DNA of 62,912 bases, counting the filler, from Octopus bimaculoides (taxonomy: Eukaryota), in the NCBI RefSeq assembly GCF_001194135.2. It is 4 parts of 4 records of this genome, joined end to end, with 100 filler letters (N's around TTAATTAATTAA, not from the genome) between each part and the next. Parts side by side here need not be neighbours in the genome. Positions count along the whole stretch, not along the records: positions 53,967 to 59,347 come from NC_068982.1; positions 59,448 to 62,912 come from NW_026414959.1; 2 more parts are not named here. The stretch is one strand, 5' to 3'. The position numbers were made by a program, and so were the translations under genes. The notes under the pieces were generated by a model, which did no database searches, was not told the origin of the DNA, and saw only the letters and a list, made by a program, of their open reading frames with translations. Numbering within the stretch: the first letter of the stretch is position 1; every line of letters starts with the position of its first letter. Below, one piece after another: positions 54,432-62,912 of this stretch.

Positions 54432-55195
54432 AAACCTGTAGGCTTACGGCTTCTCTGGAAAATGGAGGAGGAAAGGACCTCGCTACTCAATGTCAACAAC
54501 AGTGGATTGATGTGCAGTTTACTTGAACCAAATTACACGAACAAGATCAACCTGAGGCTCTCACAAAGGATACCTTCCCAAGTTGATGCACAACGGGATT
54601 GAATTTGATCTGCAGTGCCCAGGGCCTCGTGTTGACCAGTTGTGTTGAGAGTGAAATATGACTGGCAGAAACAAAGCAGAAGCCAGTCTTATATTTCTGA
54701 AAAATTGTCAGAACAAATCTAATGAGAATAAGTATGTAACTTTTCTGAGTTCCACTAATTCAGGAGATTCCGAAATGTTATTAAGTCCTCATTGCTTTAG
54801 AGCATATGCGTGTTGTCTACTTCTGTGTAAATGAGTACATATGTACATGCATTTACGTGTATGTGTGCACTTGTAAAGACTATCGATTGCTTTGTTATGT
54901 CTTTGCTTTTTAGTTAGAACCAAAATGTATGTATTAAAGGAGAATAGCTAGAGATGGATTAGTTTCAAATTGTGTGAAATAAAAGTTTTTAGTTTTTCGA
55001 CCAATCATCTTTAATTTCTCTAGTACATATGTTCTCCAGACATCATTATGCACCTACTCATAGTTATGCAAGTCATTATTCAGTTTTATTTCAAGATTTC
55101 TTGCCAATAGAGAAAGAGCCGGTTTCTAACCTAGATCCAAGGCGCCTTCATTGGAATTTTAACATCTGCAGGGTATTTTTGCATTTATGTATGTT

Positions 55196-56470
55196 TTGGG
55201 TCATCTCATAAATAATGCGGTTTTTTTATACTTCTTTTATTTTTCAAAATTAAGATAACCAAAGTTCTTTTTTAATCTAAAATATATTCTCCTTCATTTT
55301 CTACAATGCCCTTCCAGCTATCTGGTAGACTTGCAAGGCCCCTCTTCCAAAATTTACTTGTCCGTGAAGAAAAAATACTCCTCCAGTACTGTTCTGACCG
55401 CATCTACAGAATTCATATTTTTTCTGTCAAAATGATTTTGAAGACTGTGGAGTAAGTGACAATCAGATGGGGCATGTCTGACAAATATAGTGGGTGGGGC
55501 ATCGTTTCCTATTTAGACTGCTCCAGCCTTTGAAATGTCATCCTTGCTGTATGTGGGTAGTCGAGCATTATCTTAATAGATCACCTATCATCTTGAAACC
55601 AAAGATGTTCGTTTTTCTTCTAGCGCTGACTTAAGCCGTTCAAGCCGCTCGCAGTAGATATCCTTTGTTATCGTTTGGTTTGGGTTTAAAAGTTTGAAGT
55701 GGACTAAACCTTTCATATTCCGCCAAACAGATAACAACACCTTACATAAGTGAAAACCTTCTTTAGCCTGGGATGCCGGTGTTTCTTTTTTCATTACCCA
55801 CTCTCTTTGACACCTGACATTTTTATAGAGAACCCATTTTTTGTCATTCGATCCCAAAAAGGTTTATTCGTGAGACGTGGTAGCAAAGAAAAGCGCACAT
55901 TCACTCTCTGCGCGCGATAAGACTGGGGAAGTTTGTGAAGGACCCATTGACCCAATTTGCTGACTTTTCTGATGGCACGCAGGTGTCGATGAATGGTAGA
56001 AAGACAAAATCCAAGCTTCTCTGCTAGTTCTTCAACAGTTACGGTGGGATTTCGTTCCACCAGGGTTTGCAGGACGTCCTCGTCGAGCTCTACAGATCTT
56101 CCAGGACGGGGCTCGTCTTCTAGGCTGTAGTCTCCGGCACGGAATTTCTAGAACGACCGTTGACAGTGACTTACACTTATTGCCCGATCCCCATAAGCTG
56201 CATTAATATTCCTCACACTTTCCATTGCATTGTTGCCTTTATTGAACTCATAGAGCAAAATATGCCAAATATGCCTTTTGTCACTTCCATTATAGCTTTG
56301 AAAAAATAACTTAAAATCTAACTGCACTTTTCAAAACTTGCACTAAGAATAAGGACAAGGTAAAATTAGTACCTGCTTTTATAGTAAGTTGATGCAAGTA
56401 GTTTATTCCGTCCCCCTCCGACTTTTAGCTCATGCAATTGAAAAAACGCATTATTTATGAGATGACACAA
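55196..56470 (-). mobile_element. Full-length mariner with TIRs, defective transposase (~55272-56290)
   Basis: TIRs ttgggtcatctcataaataatgcgg and cgcattatttatgagatgacacaa followed by TA; ~1.28 kb; MEVTK..EFNKG...EDEPRPGR...LGQWVLHKL...DKKWVLY...DNAR...APSDCHLL; stops and frameshifts. Confidence 0.92.
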
Positions 56471-56479
56471 TACATGTGC

Positions 56480-56705
56480 AGTATTTGGAGTCAGTGCATG
56501 TGCAGATTTGTATGCTTTGGTTTATGCATGCATTCTTACGCATATAGTTGCATGTCTAGACATGCGCTTATATACTTAAATGATAAACTTCTGAAAAGTT
56601 TTACGGATTTTTATAGTTCCAGTGATGGCTTGGATCTTCAGTCTTCGAATTAGCTTTCTCCTCTCTGGTTTTGAGAAGCCTAATTTTTTAAGATTGGTAC
56701 TTAGG
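56480..56705 (-). mobile_element. R4/Dong-like LINE extreme 3' end (5'-truncated)
   Basis: NLKKLGFSKPERRKLIRRLKIQAITGTIKIRKTFQKFII* followed by 3' UTR-like sequence. Confidence 0.65.
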
Positions 56706-57795
56706 CAGTATGTATGCATGTATGTATGTATGTATGTATGTATGTATGTATGTATATGCGTGTGTATGTATATATGCATACAGATGAGTGTGTATATATG
56801 TACTTCTGTATGTACTTTCCTCGCTACCTATCGATATAATTGTGTAATCTGTCTATCTACGTATCTATCTATTTACCGATTTATCTGTTTATCTACCTAT
56901 TTATTTATCTATCCACCTATCTCTCTCTCTCTACCTACCTATTCACCAGCCATTCTACCTACCTATTTGTCTGTCTGTCTGTAAATTGATCGATCGATCG
57001 ATATATTTGTAGCATCCAAAGTGTGGTACGGTTGAAAGAGGTTAACTGATAGATGACCATTCTAAATACAGCTATGACAGTTTTGTTGATTCACTTTGCA
57101 AAGTTAATGGCATATAAATGTAAAAGATCTGAACTCTTTACGAAGTTCAGCGAATTTTGATACTTTGCAACTTTATTGTGGCGAATGTATTTGATCTGGA
57201 ATATTTTAGTTCGAACTTCATTATACTCCGGTAAGCTGAGTTTGTTACTAAGTCAACCAGTTCGCAGAAACTGAATGTGTCCCTATAATATACATATATA
57301 ATAATTTCCTGATTTGTAATAGTCATAAACTATGTGACGAATGCTGTAACTGAAACGAAAGTGGTAAACTCCAGGCTCAAAACGTGTTTTTGAACACTGC
57401 TTTACATTGAACTTAATCTCAATCTGTCGTTCGCAAGAGAGAGCTAGTGAAAGAGGGGGAAAGGGAGAGAGACAGAGGCAGAGAGTGAGAGAGAGAGAGG
57501 GATTCAGATAGTGAAAATCAGGAATATAGTGATTGTGTTATAGAACGGATAAGTAAAACAAAAAAGTGTTGGTAAGTGTACGAATAAGCATTTTGAACTT
57601 TGAGGCGGGAGCAAAAGCACGACATGGGTTCTGTTACCGAAGACATGGTTTCAATTTCTAAATCAGATCATTTTATTTACTACACTAAATGATTTCCTTT
57701 TTTTTTTTCTTTCCTAATCTGAGGCCAGTGGAAGACGCGATCGTGCATTTAATTCTCGTGATCACTTTCGTTATTGTGAGCATTATCATCTTCAC

Positions 57796-57830
<35 letters not shown>

Positions 57831-58083
57831 ACAACAACATCGTCATCATTACTATCAACGACATGAACAATAATTCAAATTTCTCCATGTTTCTATTAGG
57901 TTTGATCAGGCCCAAACAACGCAGCAACTACTGTGTAATAACTGTAAAGGAAAATTAAATTACCAGTAAGTGCACCATTCTGTCAAATACATTTCACACG
58001 ATTCGCAGAACAAACAGTAAACGGCGGGGGATACGCTAGGTTGTTAGTGAATGGCCTCACTGTACCGGCGTTAGTCGGAGCCA

Positions 58084-58456
58084 GTGGAGGCGCAATGGCC
58101 CAGTGGTTAGGGCAGCGGACTCGCGGTCATGGGATCGCGGTTTCGATTCCCAGACCGGGCGTTGTGAGTGTTTATTAAGCAAAAACACTTAAAGCTCCAC
58201 GAGGCTCCGGCAGGGGATGGTGGCGAACCCTGCTGTACTCTTTCACCACAACTTTCTCTCACTCTTTCTTCCTGTACCTGTAATTCAAAGGGTCAGCCTT
58301 GTCACACTGTGTCACGCTGAATATCCCCGAGAACTACGTTAAAGGTACACGTGTCTGTGGAGTGCTCAGTCACTCGCACATTAATTTCACGAGCAGGCTG
58401 TTCCGTTGATCGGATCAACTGGAACCCTCGACGTCGTAAGCGACGGAGTGCCAACA
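58084..58456 (+). mobile_element. SINE family C, full length, young, with 11-bp TSD
   Basis: agtcggagcca at 58073-58083 and 58457-58467; A box tggcccagtgg, B box gtttcgattcc; CpGs intact. Confidence 0.93.
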
Positions 58457-58489
58457 AGTCGGAGCCAACAGCAAAGCTTTCATTTGCTT

Positions 58490-58720
58490 AGTTGACATCC
58501 TAGAAATAACACTTAATCTCCCTTAAAGCATACAGCAGTGTTTCTCTTAAAAAAAAAAAAAGGAACAGCCATACTTAATATTGTAGATTTAGTTGTATTA
58601 TGTCTGAAATTAGGAGGGAGTGGTCATGGCAGGAATGCTTTAAATCATTGATCTACTCTCTAATAGGACTGATTTGGCGCTAAACTATAAATAACTCTTC
58701 TCTAAGAACAACATTCATAG
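58490..58720 (+). mobile_element. Old SINE-like family E (fragments also near 3385-3545, 5505-5565, 6590-6665, 9355-9490)
   Basis: ctagaaata....aatctccct.aaa and ggtcatggcaggaatgc motifs recur on both strands. Confidence 0.5.
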
Positions 58721-58776
58721 AACGTGAGACAGAGTAAAGTAGAGCTGTAAAAAGGTGTGAGAGGGGGTTAAAAGAA

Positions 58777-59092
58777 GGCGCATGGCTCAGTGGTTAGAGC
58801 ATCTGGCTAACAATCATGGGGTAATGATTTCGATTCCCGGACAGGGTTGTGTGTTGTGTTCCTCAGCAAGACATTTTATTTCACGTTGCTCCAGCTCAGC
58901 TATAGAAATGAGTTGTGACGTCACTGATGTCAACTTTGCTTTTGCCTCGGATAACGTCGGTGGCGTGGATAGGGGAGGCTGATATGCATGGGCGACTGCT
59001 GCTCTTCCATGAATATCCTCGCCCGGACTTGTGCCTTGGAGGTGAACTTTCTTGGTGTAATCCCATGGTCATTCATGACCGAGGTGGTGAGG
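58777..59092 (+). mobile_element. SINE family D with a different 3' module
   Basis: ggcgcatggctcagtggttag...gatttcgattcccgg; agcaagacattttatttcacgttgctccag body as at 6265; unrelated tail. Confidence 0.8.
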
Positions 59093-59107
59093 GTCTTAGA
59101 GAGACAG

Positions 59108-59300
59108 TATTCTTTTATTCTTTTACTTGAGCACCGCCTTGAAGGATTTTAGTCGAAGAAATCTACCCCAGGACTTTTTTTTAAGCCTAGTATTTATTCT
59201 ATAGAGTCTTTTGCTGAACCGCTAAGTTACGGGGACATAAACACACCAACACCAGTTGTCAAGTGATAGTGGAGCGACAAACACAGATACAAAGACACAC
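59108..59300 (-). mobile_element. SINE family A 3' half
   Basis: gagcaccgcc...ccgctaagttacggggacataaacacacc...gacaaacacaga. Confidence 0.8.
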
Positions 59301-59447
59301 ACACACACACACACAGACACACACACGCACACACACATATATATATANNNNNNNNNNNNNNNNNNNNNNNNNNNNNNNNNNNNNNNNNNNNTTAATTAAT
59401 TAANNNNNNNNNNNNNNNNNNNNNNNNNNNNNNNNNNNNNNNNNNNN

Positions 59448-59482
<35 letters not shown>

Positions 59483-59630
59483 GGAGAGAGAGAGAGAAAG
59501 ACAAAGAGACGCTAACATTTGATTGTAGCTAACATATTTTAGATGTTTAGACGTGAATGATGGATCAGTGCTTGTTGCAATGTTAATAATATTTAGTGGG
59601 GAAAACAAGTAAAGCGTAAAATAAGAAACC

Positions 59631-59664
59631 ATGGCAACAACAACACTTCGTGACAATAACCATG
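59631..59664 (+). CDS. Candidate start-codon exon (MATTTLRDNNH, phase 1)
   Basis: Kozak-like aaccATGG, in-frame upstream TAA at 59622-24, donor G|GTGAGT at 59665. Confidence 0.3.
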
Positions 59665-59805
59665 GTGAGTAGCAGTCCCGGGCCGAGCTCAGTCATCATT
59701 CTGCTTCATCGTAACACAATTAGTTGAACAGTTCATCGGCAACAAAAGACTACAAGAGTGAAGATTGCTAAGTCATATGAGCACGAATATTAGTGGTGGC
59801 GGCAA

Positions 59806-60228
59806 GGCAGCGAGCTGGCAGAAACGTTAGCACGCCGGACGAAATGCTTAGCGGTATTTCGTCTGCCGTTACGTTGTGAGTTCAAATTCCGCCGAGGTCG
59901 ACTTTGCCTTTCTTCCTTTCGGGGTCGATAAATTAAGTACCAGTTACGCACTGGGGTCGATGTAGTCGACTTAATCCCTTTGTCTGTCCTTGTTTGTCCC
60001 CTCTATGTTTAGCCTCTTGTGGGCAATAAAGAAATAAGAATCGTTAGAACGCTGGGCGAAATGCTTAGTGGTATTTCGTCTGTCGCTTTGTTCTGAGTTC
60101 AAATTCCGCTGAGGTCGACATTGCTTCTAATCATTTCGGGGTCGATAAATTGAATACTGTGGCCGATGTAATCGACTATCCCCCTCCCCCAAATTTCAGG
60201 CCTTGTGCCTATAGTAGAAAGGATTGTT
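59806..60228 (+). mobile_element. Tandem dimer of SINE family B with two different tails
   Basis: Monomer 1 59806-60037 ends gcaataaagaaataa; monomer 2 60038-60228 starts gaatcgttag and ends gaaaggattgttatt. Confidence 0.88.
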
Positions 60229-60589
60229 ATTTATTATTATATTTAACGCCTGCAGCCACCTATATTATTGTCGTTGTTATCAATTTATATTTACCGCAGA
60301 TAGTAAAGAGAGTCTTCTGACGGAACGTTTTTCGGTTTGTTGTCGACTCCTAAGAGGAAATATATATGGTTTCCTTCCCTAATCAACAGCAGAGATCAGA
60401 GACAATATAAAGCAGTCGTAAATTAGGTTAGCACCGTAATGCGTTGCCTAATTTACATAGTGAAATTTTTGTAATGTGCATAAACTAATTTGCAAAATGA
60501 AGCTTTTTCGTTTTTTATCTCATTTATTTTTTCGCTTTATGCTGTATTGTGCATAAAATAGATATTAATTAATGACTAGTCGTCGAAAG

Positions 60590-60697
<108 letters not shown>

Positions 60698-61115
60698 GTG
60701 TCAGACAAAAACGCTGTGAATAAACTAGTAACACACGAATCTGTAGCGCAATCCCCTCCCCATCCATACAATTTTGTGCTGCATTATCTTCCTTTGAGCA
60801 AAGTAACAATTCAAACGGAAAGATAAGAAAGAAAGAAAACATTTAATTCACAGATATATTCTAACATGATTAATTATTTTTTCTACGACTTCAGTTTATC
60901 ATTTAACTTGATTTTATTATCTAAATTTAATTAACATTCAGTTTAGATTTCTTCATGTATGGTATTGTATAAACTGCATTTTTATGAAGTTTGTTTTATA
61001 ACAGAATGAAGCGCATGAATATTGTTGTTATTTGCCGAATCTGTGTTAGCCAACTGATTTTTCAATGTCGAAAATCAACCTTAATACATTACACACACAC
61101 ACACACACACGCGCG

Positions 61116-61393
61116 CGTAGTCTGATCAATAAATATCAGGGCTGTTGCCATAGTAACGAAGCTAAAACACGCAGAGTGAAGCCGCTTCGCACAAATTGAC
61201 CTTGAACTCTGCTGTGCATGCGTACTAAGTTTTAACGTTCTAGCTCACTTCCGCTGTTTACAGAAGTACTTGGAAGGAAGATGTGTAGCGTGTGATCGTC
61301 GCATAGACCATGACAGAGAAAGTTGAGCAGGGAATCTGCAGCAAATTTTGTCAAAAGCTTGGCAATACCTGCTCAGAGACCTACACAAAATTT
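61116..61393 (+). mobile_element. Mariner 5' end and transposase start, truncated by N gap
   Basis: TIR-like gtctgatcaataaatatcagg; ORF from 61310 MTEKVEQGICSKFCQKLGNTCSETYTK (mariner EQRxCIKFCxKLG pattern). Confidence 0.8.
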
Positions 61394-62167
61394 NNNNNNN
61401 NNNNNNNNNNNNNNNNNNNNNNNNNNNNNNNNNNNNNNNNNNNNNNNNNNNNNNNNNNNNNNNNNNNNNNNNNNNNNNNNNNNNNNNNNNNNNNNNNNNN
61501 NNNNNNNNNNNNNNNNNNNNNNNNNNNNNNNNNNNNNNNNNNNNNNNNNNNNNNNNNNNNNNNNNNNNNNNNNNNNNNNNNNNNNNNNNNNNNNNNNNNN
61601 NNNNNNNNNNNNNNNNNNNNNNNNNNNNNNNNNNNNNNNNNNNNNNNNNNNNNNNNNNNNNNNNNNNNNNNNNNNNNNNNNNNNNNNNNNNNNNNNNNNN
61701 NNNNNNNNNNNNNNNNNNNNNNNNNNNNNNNNNNNNNNNNNNNNNNNNNNNNNNNNNNNNNNNNNNNNNNNNNNNNNNNNNNNNNNNNNNNNNNNNNNNN
61801 NNNNNNNNNNNNNNNNNNNNNNNNNNNNNNNNNNNNNNNNNNNNNNNNNNNNNNNNNNNNNNNNNNNNNNNNNNNNNNNNNNNNNNNNNNNNNNNNNNNN
61901 NNNNNNNNNNNNNNNNNNNNNNNNNNNNNNNNNNNNNNNNNNNNNNNNNNNNNNNNNNNNNNNNNNNNNNNNNNNNNNNNNNNNNNNNNNNNNNNNNNNN
62001 NNNNNNNNNNNNNNNNNNNNNNNNNNNNNNNNNNNNNNNNNNNNNNNNNNNNNNNNNNNNNNNNNNNNNNNNNNNNNNNNNNNNNNNNNNNNNNNNNNNN
62101 NNNNNNNNNNNNNNNNNNNNNNNNNNNNNNNNNNNNNNNNNNNNNNNNNNNNNNNNNNNNNNNNNNN

Positions 62168-62236
<69 letters not shown>

Positions 62237-62423
62237 CATACATACATAAACAAAGCGAAAAATGGTACAAGAAAATAACAGGCGACACAACAAAACATTC
62301 GGATAGTTAGACGATACAAAAAAGGACAGGAAAAAACAAGGATGGGTCATTCGGAGCTTTCAGTCGTCAGTCGAGTTTCAGCCAGTTACACTCGAGACTG
62401 CTATATATGTATGTATATATACT

Positions 62424-62865
62424 AATAATTCTATGATGGAATTTATAAACACTTAATACATGGCTAATCTCTTGACTTGAACATTAGCGTCCTTATCCTT
62501 GAGATGAGTACAGTATAGTCCGTATCATCCGTGGGCATCCGGTTGATCATCATCATTGATTCATTTCCTCGGGCAATATTGCATTATTGGATAAATCACA
62601 GAGGGATATTTATCTCTTCTTGCCAGTAGCTAGACTGGCCTTCATACTGGCAAGAAAGAATAAACATCCCTCTCTGTGATTCATTCAATCCTGAAGTATC
62701 GCCTGAGGAAATGAATAAAAAATGATGACCAACCAAGTTCCCACATATAATACAGACTGTACTGTACTCATCCTAAAGACACTAACTCTGATGTTAAAGT
62801 CATGTTATTAGTGGAAACGGACGCAGTGACGTATTAATATTTATAAATTCCCTTCTAGAATTATT
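62424..62865. mobile_element. Long imperfect palindrome / foldback element
   Basis: Arms 62424-62628 and 62645-62865 pair in successive blocks around a 16-nt loop gctagactggccttca. Confidence 0.85.
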
Positions 62866-62912
62866 GTTTCTATCTGGGATTCTTTCTTCTTTAGACAGAG
62901 CCATCATTCGAT

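Noticed and set aside
58084-58160. tRNA-like sequences (also 17790, 58777, 1434)
   Set aside because: They are SINE heads continuing into SINE bodies; no closed cloverleaf acceptor stem
22739-59403. Three exact TTAATTAATTAA palindromes
   Set aside because: Each is surrounded by Ns; a six-frame-stop scaffolding spacer, not biology

Overview
Gappy, AT-rich animal genomic window, inferred to be octopus (coleoid cephalopod) from its SINE complement and its dense (TA)n/(CA)n/(GA)n/(TATG)n microsatellites next to assembly gaps. No intact protein-coding gene is supportable. Nearly all ORFs in the supplied track are microsatellite or N-gap read-through. The window is mostly retroposon and transposon debris: four or more tRNA-derived SINE families (family labels A-F are mine; one copy is young with an 11-bp TSD), three mariner remnants (one full-length with TIRs), Penelope-like (PLE) reverse-transcriptase remnants of two types, R4/Dong-like RLE LINE remnants, an RTE fragment, and several TA-flanked foldback/MITE elements. 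Four observations stand out. (1) A well-formed type I hammerhead ribozyme fold at about 28,955-29,049, plus several minimal or variant hammerhead-like motifs (26.1, 27.9, 19.7, 33.2, 34.1, 54.4 kb). (2) An apparent CpG-decay boundary near 22.7 kb, readable from matched SINE copies on either side. (3) A roughly 440-bp imperfect palindrome at the right end and several inverted SINE pairs that could form dsRNA. (4) Weak candidate exons, including a possible start-codon exon at 59,631-59,664. Element boundaries were read by eye and are approximate to about 10-20 bp unless stated exactly.
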